Positions 1 to 12,106 of a stretch of DNA of 64,000 nucleotides are shown here, one piece after another. A program made the position numbers and the translations under genes. Each line of letters begins with the position of its first letter. Position 1 is the first letter of the stretch. Source of the DNA: Harriotta raleighana (lineage: Eukaryota); the NCBI GenBank assembly GCA_050575255.1, contig JBNZDD010013610.1, positions 1,286,366 to 1,350,365 of the forward strand. Reading direction: 5' to 3'. Under the pieces are notes generated by a model. The model searched no databases and had not been told where the DNA came from. It was given only the letters and a program-made list of their open reading frames with translations.

Positions 1-924
1 CTCATGAGTGAGCCAAGTTGACACCTAATTATTACCTATAATGTTCTTCACATTCCATTTGCACTATATAATGTTGGATCTTACACAGCAGATGGTTATA
101 TTTTTCATGGCATGCATAGATATTAATGCAAGATTGTGTGATGTGCAGAGATTTTTTTTAAAAAATGAGTAATTCCCACTGAATGGCATTATTTTTTCAT
201 ATCCGTTTTGTTAGCAATAAATCTTGTGATTTTTTTTTTCCACCCATGCTTTATTCATTACTAATAAAATGCCATTATTTTTTTCTCTTGGAGCTCTGAA
301 AAGTAGTTTCAGCTGATGACATTTGACCTATTTTGGGTGCATGTCTCTTTCCATCACTCAGTTTGTGAGCTCTTTCTCATCCGTGTCTTATTGCGGGCAG
401 GGTGTAAAATTCGGAATGCGGAATGTTGTTTGTTTGTTTCTTTGCAAACTATCGGCTCTCTGGTTTAAGAAAACTTACAATTACCAAAGTTTTAGGAAAG
501 TGGAATTAAATACCGCCCAGACATCAACGACTTAATGTGGGACTTAATGTTCTCAGAATCAGCATCTGGCAGTTTATTGCTTTCTGTGGAGGAGCAAATA
601 TAAAGAGATCACGTGCATTTTTGAGTCGATTTATGTTGTTTCTTGAAGCTGGAGTGGAGAGATGTAAAGTGGAGTTCAATAGTGCCTGTAAATAAGATGT
701 TCGTGCTTTTTAAAGTACCAAAGGAGGTATTTGCGATATTAATGGCAGGTGTGTTTTTAAAAAAAATTGGATGCTGAAATAGCGATAAAACATTTCACAA
801 TGGAGTTTCCAAGCTGTGTGGTGTTGCAAAGTGTTACCTGCAGTAATCCTCATGCGTTTCTGTATATTGGGAGACCTTTTATTTCCTTTGTCAAAGGTGC
901 TTGAAACATTTCTATCAACTTTTA

Positions 925-2495
925 TTTATATTCAAAAAGCACCTTGACGAGTCCCCGGGCTTTAACATGGACTAGAGGGATTCATTATAAAAATAACAAA
1001 TGCAACAATGGGACTGCAGTCAATTATACCTGCGGAGAAATAACTTGGAACAAGCATAGGGGACACTATTAACTTTGCAGAGAAATAAGAGAATGATTGA
1101 CTTTTTTAGCTTTAAACGAGTGTTTTGATCTCCCCCATTGGTGAAGGATTTGCAGGTACAATATTATCTAAGAGTGCTGGATTTTTGATATTCCTAATCA
1201 ACTATGGTATAGCTATTGCACTAACTAGCAAACACAAGTGTTGTTCTCATTATATTGCAATTGCTTCAGAAACCCAGAGCTCAAAGGTAAAACCTTGCTC
1301 ATGACAGGCCAATATTTCGGCTGCCAACTATGTCAAAGCTTAAACCTAAGCAAATGAGACGTTGGTGCAATTTCTCGGTTGTAGCATTCTGCTATTAGAT
1401 TATCAGTTTGGTTCATGGCAAATTAGTCAATTTATGATTCTCCCAGCGACATTACGTGAATATGGAATGATTCTCTGAATGCTTTGTGCCTTCATTAGTT
1501 TAAAGCATGTTCTTCCAATGAGACATCTTGTGATGTATCTGAGCTGACGACCTCGATTTTGTGACTCCTTCAGAGAAAGTAAATATGATAGTGGGTATCG
1601 GTTAATGAACATTAATCTTTTTGTCGGCGCTCCACACAGGTCTTAAGTCCTTCACCCTATTGTATTTATCAGACAATTGGCAGACAGATGGTGTCTTACC
1701 AATAGTGCTGAGAAAATGAAGTCAATAAGTCAGTTGAGAGAGACGGATGTTGCTTACCCATCTCTCTAGTGGTTGCAAACAGTCTTTAGTTTGACATTAA
1801 GGTATTTGACTTCAGAATTAGATCTGATCTATGCTGGAGAAGAAATAGGTAGTAAAGAGGCCCAGAAAAGTTGAGGGAACAGTAGAATTTCTCAAGAAAT
1901 CTGAGCCCTTCTTGTTTACTATTGGAAACATTGAGTTATGTAAAGCCTTCTTTCTAACCAGTGATGGAATATTGCATCCCTGTTTGTCAGAAGTCAGAGA
2001 AGATTCATGACTCACTCTTGGACTTTGCGAAGTCCAAAACATTGAATACCAATGAGCAGCTTTCCAGCATTTGTTCTCTTATTGTCGGTTGGCCCAGGAT
2101 AATGACAGAAGCAGTCAATCGGGGCATTTTCTAGTGCTTTCTGCATTTGTACCAGAAACATGTGAATTGCTGCAGCTGGTCAATTCGTACCAATTCAAAA
2201 CCTCTGCACACAATTCCAGTTGCAAAGTTCAACACCCTGGTGTCTCTGCCGTTGCTACCTTCCCAAGTGGTGTAATCAACTGGAACAATGATCCCATGAT
2301 AAGGATCCTTAGATGCACAAAATTTAACATTCCCAACACAGTTGAGCCAAGGTTGCTGAAGCATGCGTTAGGATAAAGGAAATCTGTTGATTTTGGATGA
2401 CCCCCAATATTAGTCCTCAAAAATTTTCCAGGAGCCACTGGCCCAATGCATCTGATCTTGCATGAGTTGTATCTTCCTGTGCCCTGTTGCACAGA
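925..2495 (-). mobile_element. Decayed tyrosine-recombinase retrotransposon (Ngaro/DIRS-like): RT C-terminus, RNase H, YR
   Basis: Minus-strand translation (with stops and frameshifts) gives motifs in the expected order. RT: CIGPVAPGKFLRTNI (~EKTEGPxxxLEFLGIxL) and LGSTVLGMLNFVHLRILIMG (~LLSLLGHLNFACRIIPQG). RNase H: LTASVIILG...KCWKAAHW (~TDAS..GFG..WF..W) and HNSMFPIVNKKGS (~CDNxAxVxIINKGRS). YR: LSYLLSLKESQNR..LRYITRCLIGRTCFKL (N-terminal part), NSRM-TTEKLHQRLICL (~DSRLPIT..L), GFLKQ (~GFLRxSE) and IPLVHVKARG-SSRCFLNI (~GIP..IKxLGRWxSxAFxxYI). Confidence 0.7.
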
Positions 2496-3146
2496 TTATT
2501 GTCAGATGCATTTTGCGAGTATCTGTCTGTGTAAATGAACATTATAGAGTGTGTAGTTTCACAAACTCTTCATTCTTTGATAGTTCTGGTGTCAGTAAAT
2601 TAGAGAATTGAATGTGGTTTCAGGGAAACATTCACAGGTATCCCAATTTTTTTTAAAAAACTTACTTTTAGCCACATTGCTTTTTTTTCAGATCTGATAA
2701 TCAATTTAATATTTGCAAATTCCAATTCCATGCGATTATATTACAATCAATTAAATGCCACCAACTGGGCAAGATGGAAATGGAGTTCAATTAGTTTAAC
2801 TTGCCACATTTTATTTGCACAGTAGGAGAAAACCGTGCAGCGATAAATCAACTTAACATTTACATCCACCCATGAGCATGTCTATGCATGTGCATGTCTG
2901 ATGGTGGGTCTCTCACTTCTCTCTCTCTCCGAGTTGAAGTCCTAATGATTAGAAAAATTGTGCCTTGCCCCTTTGTTCTTTTGTTTTGTTACACAGTGTG
3001 AACAAATATACTCTCAGAATGGATTTCAAGTTCCAAGAAGCACAATATGCATTTACTGCTTCTTAGACAAGCATTCTTGCCGTTTGATTTTTATGTAGAC
3101 AATGACAATAACTGGAGAGCCTTTCACATTCAATAACATCTTGCAG

Positions 3147-3217
3147 TGTTCTACGAAGACGTGATTGGACACCGAGCAAGGGAAGAGGGGGAAGTGACTG
3201 TAGGTGCAGTCAAAGAG
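3147..3217 (+). other. Candidate internal exon of an unidentified + strand transcript (alternative stronger acceptor at 2996)
   Basis: Acceptor catcttgcag|tg and donor aaagag|gtaggt. The 71 nt are purine-rich with two open frames (xFYEDVIGHRAREEGEVTVGAVKE; xVLRRRDWTPSKGRGGSDCRCSQR). An upstream acceptor (ctttgttcttttgttttgttacacag|2997) would give a 221-nt exon with stops in all frames. Confidence 0.35.
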
Positions 3218-3254
3218 GTAGGTTTTATGTTGTTAAACAACTTAACAAGTTCTG

Positions 3255-3563
3255 TTAGACCGGGTTTCAGTCTGCTCCATGCTACCCACCCTACCATCGG
3301 TGGTCAGGCTTTCAGCCTCTCTGCCCCCATACTCTGGAACTCCATCACAGTCACTTCATCTCATTTGCCTCCTTCAAGACCGTCTCAAGTCCCTCTTGTT
3401 CGATCGTGCCTTCTGTCGCCCTCCCACTTCTTTCCCACCCTTCCTCTCCTAACCTAGCCCTCCCCTCCACTTGGGTCCTGACCCCTAACTGTTCAGCTCC
3501 TTGGGACATCCTCTAGATGTGAAAGGCTTTCTATAATTGTAATTTTGGTTTGTTGTTGTTGTT
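3255..3563 (+). mobile_element. L2 LINE 3' end (ORF2 C-terminus, 3'UTR, (GTT)n tail)
   Basis: Translates HPTIGGQAFSLSAPILWNSI, matching the L2 ORF2 terminal motif GxRAFSxxAPxLWNSLP. It is followed by a pyrimidine-rich UTR, ttgggacatcctctagatgtgaaaggc and gttgttgttgtt. Confidence 0.85.
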
Positions 3564-3581
3564 ATTTAAAGATAGATAAGA

Positions 3582-3720
3582 GCTGGTGAGATGGAGGACG
3601 TGAGTCAGGGAGTTCAAGATTAGAGAAGCGGTGACTGAAGACTGATGGTGGTGTGGAGGCATCAGGGGATGCACAGCATGCTTGTGGTAGCTGAGCGAAG
3701 GTGTTGGATGTGCGAGCGAG
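3582..3720 (-). mobile_element. L2 LINE ORF2 3' fragment, inverted relative to the preceding copy
   Basis: Reverse complement contains caccttcgctcagct...caccaccatcagtcttcagtcaccgcttctctaatcttgaactccctg, the same LRS...TT...FS...LxNSL region. Confidence 0.55.
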
Positions 3721-3748
3721 CAGGTCCAAAGTTATTGGTAACTCACAA

Positions 3749-3820
3749 AATAATCATAGTAATAAGAATAATCCTTGCATTTGACATAATGCCTTATTAC
3801 ATCGTGGAGACATCTCAAAT
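3749..3820 (-). mobile_element. SINE 3' tail fragment (DeuSINE/L2-type)
   Basis: aataatccttgcatttgacataatgccttattacatcgtggagacatctcaaa is the reverse complement of the tail shared by more than 20 copies in this window. Confidence 0.85.
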
Positions 3821-4528
3821 TGGACAATAAAACAATTTCCAATAATCTTTTCCAGTTTTCAAATATTGTGAATTTCCAAATATTTGGAATTCGGAGAGGA
3901 AAAGATCTTACATCAGAAATGGCCATGCAAAATCTTCATCATAGTGCTACCTAGATTATGAAGTAGTACCTTTTTAAAGAGATTTTTTTTAATATTGAAA
4001 TACTGTAGCTGCTGAAAAACAATAAATTGGTTTCCAAAAGTAATGTCAATGAATCATCAAGTAAAAGTAACTTTTGTCACTTTACTGCACATAATTTGCT
4101 ATTAGAAGAATTGGGTGTAATTTTACAGAATAAAAAACTGCATTATTGCTTTGTATTCTGACATCTTTGACAGGGTACATTGCTTACTTTATTCATATTA
4201 TGTAAAACAGAGTTGGTATTTTACAGAAGATTTAACATTTCAACTCACTATGAAAAATTACCAATTCTTCGCATACTTGTACTACTTGAGCTGAATTGGT
4301 TGCAGTTTTGTAATCATAAAATCAGAAGTTTAGAATTCCTGAGGTTTACTGAACAATAATTCCATTTCATCCCTTACTATTAGGCTCTCAGAAGTTCTAA
4401 CATGATCCATGTTCATGCACACACATATATACAGTCTTTATAGTATATGTTCTTCTTTCTTTTTCACTCAAACCAATCTTGTGGTCATTCGAAAGGACCC
4501 TGTAATTAGATTAGATAACTTGGATGTT

Positions 4529-5013
4529 GGTCTGGCTCAATCAATAGCACTCAAGTCCTTGAGTCAATAGACCCATGCGTTCAAGCCCAATGTTGAGACA
4601 TTCCAATGTAGTGATGTGGGGAGTGTTACATTTTTGCTATCCTGGATGAGATGTTAAACCAAATCAGGTAGATGTTAAAGATCCTGTGGCACTTGTTGAA
4701 AAGAGAAGAAAATTTCTCCCGGGGATCCTAGCCAGGTATCCTTTTGATCGTTCACTTTTGATGGTTGTTCGTACGACATTGTTTGTGCAAATTGGCTGCT
4801 GTGTTAGTCTACGAAATATACAGTTCACACTTCCTCAGCTCCCACCCCCAGCCAGGCCGGGATTATTAAGCATTGTAGGATCCCCTTCCAGGCGTGAAAG
4901 GTATTACATAAATGTATAGTTGTATTGCACTTGTAAATGCAGCTCAGTATTTTGAGACATCCTCCTGACATGAAAGGCACTGTATCAATGCAAGGATTAT
5001 TATTATCATTATT
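4529..5013 (+). mobile_element. Near full-length long DeuSINE-type SINE (tRNA head, Deu domain, L2 tail)
   Basis: A-box-like tggctcaatc, B-box-like gttcaagcc (4579-4587), core gatgagatgttaaacc...gtgcaaattggctgctgtgtt, tail tgagacatcctcctgacatgaaaggcactgtatcaatgcaaggattattatta. Confidence 0.8.
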
Positions 5014-5936
5014 AAGCACTCTGCCTTTTCCCATCTGTGGTTGTCCTTGTAACTGAGAATGATACATGTGATGTATTATCTGATTATTGGCGAAATGCCG
5101 GTGAGAAAATTAATTTTATTTCGAGGTAATCCATATGTTTTTAAAACCAATACATTGTCAGTGCAGGCAGATCCCAAGAGCAACTTTAACAGCCACGAGT
5201 CAAGCTCCTTTTGATGTAGGTGGGAGAAGCAACCAGATTAGCACATCATTCTAGTGAGGAAGAAGAGGCACTGAAAGATGATATTGAGGAGCATAATTCC
5301 ATAGGACATTCAGGAGCATAATGGCAGTAACAGTAGCTAATCTTTTGTATTATAGATGTAGAAGGGGAGTGGGGGGGATGCTTTGACCAGTGGTCAAACT
5401 GGTTGTACTTTTGCCTTCTGACCATCACAGCCTTATTTCTGGCTAATACCATTACTTAGAGTCAATGGGAAAGTAAAGCAAGACTCGCTTCGTACTCTTC
5501 TGTCTTCTGAAAAGCCATATTACACAAAATTACACCACTTACCATCGACAAATGAGAGCCGAATGATGGGTACATTTGGCTGCTGCTTGCCACTATATAT
5601 CAGGTGTTTGATGCACTCGTTTGTAATTGCTTTTCATAAAGATAAATGTGCTTTAAGGACCGATGCAGTGCACAAGTATTCATGGCCAAGAATCCGTGTA
5701 CTTGATGATCAGTATTGATGGGTTGGGTCTGCAATGAACATTTTAACAGGATGAGACACAGCAGGCTCCCTGCACTAATATCTTATCAGCTGTTTTAGTT
5801 TTAAAACCCTCCCTTTAGTCTGTTCCTTTAGAACCCAAATTCACTTTGTAACTAGGAAATCACTCAAAATGTGAAGTTGAGAGTTTTGGTGTTCTGGATG
5901 GTCTGAAGAGCCTTCTTCATCTGAAGAGGGGTTTTG

Positions 5937-6294
5937 AGCACAAAGTCTAGGCTGATACTTCAATACAGTGCTGAGGATGTGTTTTATTCTCGGCGGTTCC
6001 ATCCTTTCGATGAGATGTTAAACTGAGCTCCCCTCTACCTGTTCAGGTGCCACAATTCAAAAAGAGAAGTGAGTTTCCCCCCTGTGTCCTGGCTGACAAT
6101 CCCCTGAATAAAATTATTCATTCACTTTATGCCTGTTTGTGTGATATCATTGTATGCAATTGGCTGCTAAATTTGCTAACAAATACAGTCACTACACTTC
6201 ACAGAAAATCCCATGAACTGCTTTAAGTTGTTTCTATGATGTGATAAGGTACTAATCAAAGAGACTATTTATTATTGTTATTATTATTATTATT
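5937..6294 (+). mobile_element. Long DeuSINE-type SINE, 5' truncated
   Basis: aggctgatacttcaatacagtgctgagg...gatgagatgttaaactgag...tgcaattggctgc...gtgataaggtac followed by (TTA)n. Confidence 0.8.
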
Positions 6295-7587
6295 CTTACA
6301 AGAGATATTTCTTCATTCTTGGTCATTATTATGTAATTGATATTGTGACCTGACTTGAGGGATGTCTTAAGACGGACTGATGCTCTCACTCTTCCTGATG
6401 AGTCTGAGCGATATCTGATGACATAGAGCCATGGGTTATGTTACTATTAGGGTGGCCTGCGCCTGAAACATCACATCCTCTTAGACAGTAGGCCATTATA
6501 CAGAGCTTCACTGATTAAAATGAAATTGTCAAACAGCAGGTGGTCAAACCATCAATTAACTTTGGTCTTTAATTCCTGAAGGCAAATCTCATTCACAAAC
6601 TCCACTGTGCAAAGACTGTAATACAGTAGCTGGAATTCATTTAAAAATTGGCAACATCAATGGGACTTTGCCCTCTACCCCACACACCCATCCCCTACTT
6701 AGTTTTATCCTTCACCTCATAGATTATTGATTTTACAAAATGAAATGTGGGGGGAACATTATCTTTTGGGTCAACTTTTTTGTCAACTTGGTGCTTGACC
6801 CATGTGGAAACCCATTATTTTACTTGAGTCTCCAAACCAAACTAAGAATTCCATGTGGAAATCCCATCAACAGAATATTGGAATGGAATGAGCACTCTCT
6901 CCCTCCCAATCAACTCATTCCAGAAAGTATTAGGCATAAACTGGCAAGAGCCAAAGCATGGGAACCCTAGAGTGTGCACTGGGGTGCTGCTGGAGTCTAA
7001 CCAGCTAAAAAGTTTTAGCTTGCTAAAGCGCTAAGAGCACTGTGTTACATGGAGTCAAAATTGGTTCCAAATAACTAATTCACACGGACAAAGAAAGCTG
7101 ACTGCCAGAAACTCTAGGAAGAAATTTGGATCCTTGCTTCCAATCTCAGCACGGCACGCGATGAGTCTAAAAATCTGGCGTCCATTTGGAGGGCCTGGAG
7201 ATGCGTTGTAATCAAGTTTATTCTGTTATCATTGCTGCCAGTGTGAGACCTTTCCCCAGCATGTTTTCTGAGTTAGATTGCCCCCTGCTGCTTGTGGACA
7301 ATCAAAAGAGCTGAAAACATAATTGGAAATCTGCCACAATGCGGAAGGATACTCTGAGCTGTTTTCAAACACATTCCAGTATAATTTGTTTTAAAAACGG
7401 AGCATTTTTCCATTGCTTACTGCATATTTTAAGATTCTAATATGTTCAGTTCTGACAAACGGTAGATAGATCTTAAGAGAGAAATATGTATGTCGCACTT
7501 TTTTCATTGTAGGACTTTTTACCAGGGAAGGAACCTTTTCATGGGATTTTAGCAATACTGTATAAATCTAACTTGTTTGCCTCGTAA

Positions 7588-7918
7588 AAATACTTGCATT
7601 TGATTGCGAGTCTTATCCCGTCAAAACGTCTCAAACACTTTGCATAATCGTTTACTTTGAAGCGTAGTGGCTGCTTGTTATGCTGGCAAAAGCATAAATA
7701 ATCCTGTCCCATCAAAGACCATTAAATGGATCAATTTCATTTTGATCTTGCGGGTTTCGATGAAGTAGAAATAGGGTTTCAGACTCTGGAAAGCTTTACC
7801 TCTGTTCTTCAAAAATATCAGCGCATCTAAACCATCAGCGTAGATGGATTCAGTTCAGCATCTCCAAAAACATGGACCTCTATCTATGCGTCACTTGAGT
7901 AATCAGCCAGGATTATGT
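7588..7918 (-). mobile_element. Degenerate long DeuSINE-type SINE
   Basis: Starts acttgcatttgattgcgagtcttatcccgtcaaaacgtctcaaacacttt (reverse tail) and ends tcagccaggattatgt (reverse head region). Confidence 0.6.
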
Positions 7919-8092
7919 CGGCAGAAATTAACCTGGGTCAAATTCATAAAAGTTTTCCCAAGAAGTTAAAGAAACCGATTGTAAACCTTTAAAAACAAAT
8001 CCAGCCACTTTTGGTTCAGTTTATTCTGTTACAGATTGAATGCTGCCATACTTCAGCTGTGGTGCAGGCTTATGCGTAGAATCGAAAATAAT

Positions 8093-8130
8093 ATAATAAT
8101 CCTTGATTTGATATGTCTCAAAGCGCTTAG
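8093..8130 (-). mobile_element. SINE tail fragment
   Basis: ataataatccttgatttgatatgtctcaaagcgctt. Confidence 0.6.
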
Positions 8131-8247
8131 AAAGGACAAAATCCATGCTCCACTCCAAGCAAAGTGGAAGTTGAGTTCTGTTGAACACTGGAAGTGAAGA
8201 TTGATGGTCAAATAATATTGAAGGTTGTTCAACTGACCCATATTCAG

Positions 8248-8432
8248 GACTCAATCCATGACTGTTTGTGGAACACTGCTGTGTGCAATTGGCTGCAGTG
8301 TTTCACCCACAAAATATGCAATTCTGTGTTCTTTGTTCAGTGAAGCGCTTTGAGATGCCTCCGTGACGTGCTAAGGCGCTATAGTATATCATATGGCAAA
8401 AGATAATACTAGTAATAAAAATAATAATAATA
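8248..8432 (+). mobile_element. Short-type SINE, 3' half
   Basis: tcaatccatgactgtttgtggaacactgctgtgtgcaattggctgc...gtgaagcgctttgagatgcctccgtgacgtgctaaggcgctata. Confidence 0.85.
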
Positions 8433-8611
8433 CTGTTTGAAGGAAATTTATGCTTCCTCCACTGTTGGATCGCAGAAATGTCATCTCTGCATTGCAGCTC
8501 ATCAAGGCTGAATAATAGAAGATAATAACTTTCCCTTGACTTCTCTTTGAAGGTCTGGGAGAAACTCAACAATTTCCTCAGAAGTGTTACCTGCAGCCAT
8601 ACATCTCCCTC

Positions 8612-8716
8612 AGGATGTTAAATAAATTGGGAAGAGTCCGTGGCTCTGTGGGATGTCATGGTCTCTTAGAAGGAATAGATGCACCGGGCCAAGTGGTCTT
8701 TTCTTATTTCATGTTT
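8612..8716 (+). mobile_element. CR1 LINE 3' end remnant
   Basis: gatgcaccgggccaagtggtctttttcttatttcatgttt resembles the CR1 terminal gatgggccgaatggcct...tatgtt motif. Confidence 0.45.
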
Positions 8717-9034
8717 CGCCATCTCATTATTTCAGATCAGTCAAGTTCAACATTTTAATACATTTTTCACCGTGTCATTTTTATCCATATCATAAATAAT
8801 AAGTTTCAATCAAAATTGGTTGGATTTACGTTGAGTTGGGAGGAGGAAATGATTTATTTTAGGTCGCGTTTATTTGATAAGGAGTTGGAAGGCGTAATTG
8901 AGATTTCTGTAATAACTAATTGATTCTAAAATAAAATCATGCATGGGTATTAAAAAGGGAGAGAGCTCATAGTTGGTAAACACCTTCTGGATTATTTCCT
9001 ACTCCTCCTTCAAGTAACCATGAGACCATCGCAA

Positions 9035-9200
9035 TATAAAACACAGTAAACTGTTATTTGGCCCATTGTGTCTGTACCTGCTCTTTCAAGTAGTAATCCT
9101 TTCAGTCTCATTTAGACAAGGAAATATACACTTCCAAGGTGTTGCCTATTCAATTTTATTAATTTCAGCCAAATGGATTCTGTCACTGTATCACGTGTGC
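9035..9200 (-). mobile_element. CR1 LINE 3' end remnant
   Basis: tatttggcccattgtgtctgtacctgctctttcaagtagtaatcc resembles the reverse of a shark CR1 3'UTR (cattcggcccatcgtgtctgtgccggctct). Confidence 0.5.
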
Positions 9201-12013
9201 CCACAGTCACCCTGAAATTATCATCGTAACGTAAGAACTACACTTGTGGTAACAGCTTGGCATGTGTGGTACCTCCTGCGAAAATATCTATCCCTCACCG
9301 ATTCTCTTCAGTGTATTATTGGTGATGCAGAGGAATGAGGGATTACCCCTGACCTAATAGGTTTGATGAAACACTGTTAAATACTAATTTTCAATTACCT
9401 AATTCAATTGGGGTGAGGAGTGCTGCTGGAGTTTTAGTTCCCGCTTGAGATGCAGAATGAATTAGTACTTGAGTACTCGCCTTTTAAAGTGTATGCTCGA
9501 CAGGGTGGAACTAATGCACAGCTGTGAAAGGGAGTGTTGGTAGGGCAATGGCAGCATTCAGGGACTGCAAGATGCAATAATTCACCTGGCTTGTTCTCTC
9601 CTATCACAGACCAACTCACATGTCGGGGACCTTATCTGAAATGAGTGAAAGGATGTATTTTTTCTAAAAAGCGTTTCTTCCCACCCAATCACCCAGCCCA
9701 AACCTTGTAGAACTGCTGTGTTATTTGCAGAATGCGATGTTACAAGATGTGATCAGACAGAATAAATCTCCATTTGGAATGAGTTGTGTTCTGCACACCG
9801 GCAGAATACAGTTGTTTCACTGAAAGCAAAACACAGTTTACTTGAGTAACTATATTTTTTCCTTCCTGATGCAGCATACTGAATTGTTACCTGGGTTCAC
9901 ATTGTGCATCCATTATTCAGTATAGCGCTCACTCCAACTGCTATGATGGTCTCGGTCCTCCACAGCACGTTTGATTAACCCGTTGAATCCCAGAGGTCAT
10001 TTGTAGCCTTCAAAATAGATGTTTCCTGTCGAAACTTTGCCGAAATGATTCATCTTTATTTGTTGCCTCCACATATGATGAATTAAGAAAGCCATGGAAC
10101 TGCGAAATCAAAGGGACACGCAGTCTTTTGAAGAAGATTCTCACCTAGAATACACGTGGCTTCCTTTTATTTTGCTCCCCTAAAGAGCAGCCCCATGTGG
10201 TCATCGTCAATTCTGCCTGCGGAAGCCAATTCTAGCAGAGCTCTGCCGCTATGTGGTTCATGAAATTAGTCATGGTTTGTAACCCTGGGCTGGTGATTTG
10301 AGACGAGTACATCTGAGGGAATGCCAAGCCATTTCTCTACATCTCTGTACATCTAAAGAGGAAGTATTTTGACCTGGTTTTCTTTTACCGGAGAATGATG
10401 AGGGATAACAGTTGGAGGCTGCGAATACCCTGCCTTGAATTTAATATTGAGGAGCCATCACTGAATGCATAAGTGGCGTCTTCTTGGTGCTGAACATGGT
10501 GAAGTTTGCCAAAATAATGTCAGAATTGAGCCCGCACTCTGTAACCATCCGGGAAGTCCAGTTCCTGTACTCCAGGGCACTGCTGATGACAGCACAGCCC
10601 TGATTGATCGGCAGGATTTGGAAGGCCAGACTAACCTCAGGGGCAAGGACTCTATCCTCTCAGCTCCCGTTATCCCTACAAGCCAAAGCCCAAATGGGAA
10701 GAGTGGTCCTATCTGGTCAATCAGCGAGAAAGCTTGCCAGACTGTGCTCTCAATCGCTAGCTATATGATTCAGCTGTATCCCAATGTGCGAAAGCAGGAT
10801 GTATCCCTCTAATGATCTATAGTTTGTCGATTGTGCTGCATCGACAGTGTTGGTCGCATGGACAAAGGAGATTATAACCTTATTTAATTATTACATCCGT
10901 TAAATCTTGCTTGATTCTTTTTCCTAAATTTACCACCAACTAAAACTGCTACGGTGACGGACAGGACATCTTTTGGCCAAAGCTTTGTGCTGCTATACCA
11001 TTAAAAGATTGTAAAAGTGTTGTAGCAGAGGTCAGGCCATCAACGACAGAAACCTAGACACGATCTATTTTGAGCTACAAGCAATAACAACCACACAAGC
11101 TCATTATGTTTGCAAAGCATTCCAGTTGAAGATCATGTTAACATGATATTAATATAAACGCAATTCAATACACAGAAAATAAATTCTATACAGTGTACTG
11201 GAAATATATTTAACAGAGGTTAGCTCCTTTTAAAACGCATAAATCACGTTAGCTTTTCTCCAGACAATACATGATGGGGTGAATGAAATTAGCAGCAAAA
11301 GTATTAAAATATTGATAGCAATCATTCCATGTTCACGCTTTACCAATTAATTATTAATTTCACCTTGAAGGTAGTATGAGAGACAGACTTCATTTTATCT
11401 TCGCCATTCACAGCAAGATGTTTGATGCCTTTCACATCATTTTCCAGCAGTCACCAACATTTTGACTTGTAATTATTGGAATCTTTTATGTTGCTCTGTG
11501 AAGGGACTTTACATTATTAGTTTTCTATGGAAATGGATTAGAGCTTAATCTTTCCTTCAATATCAATAAATGATCACTTCTTTGATGAAAATAAATTAGA
11601 TTGCGCGCTGTTGGTCAAGCCGCTGCAAAGGAAAGCAATAAGATAAGTTTTACACATTAAAAAAATATAAAAGCTTTCCTTTCTGGTCCCAGTATAGCTT
11701 TTTCTTGGCCACAACTCAAAAGGCCACAAGCATTTTGAGTAGGAATTGGCTTACTTAATTCTGTTAAGAAGGATATTTTTGACCATTGGATCACTGCAAG
11801 GCAAACAGGTTTGATTCTAACACTGTAAATGTATTGCACCTTTTCGTGTGGCAGCAGAGATTTTGATGAAAAGTATTAAAAATCAGAAGTACCACAAGGG
11901 GGAGGAAAAAAAGTGGGGAATAGGTCATCGTTCTGACAGTGACATTGGAAACAATTTACCGTTTCGAAAATAGAGGGGGATGTTTAAAAAATCCAAACCT
12001 GAATGAACCAACG

Positions 12014-12103
12014 AATAATCTTTGTATTTGATATAACGCCTTATCACATCGTTGAGATGTGTCAAAGCACTTTGTAGAATGTTTTGTCATTGACTGTGTA
12101 TTT
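12014..12103 (-). mobile_element. SINE 3' fragment
   Basis: aataatctttgtatttgatataacgccttatcacatcgttgagatgtgtcaaagcactt...gactgtgtattt. Confidence 0.85.
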
Positions 12104-12106
12104 GGA

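Noticed and set aside
10465-10812. 115-aa + ORF as a gene
   Set aside because: No domain or splice context; the GC-richer patch is better explained as an old repeat.
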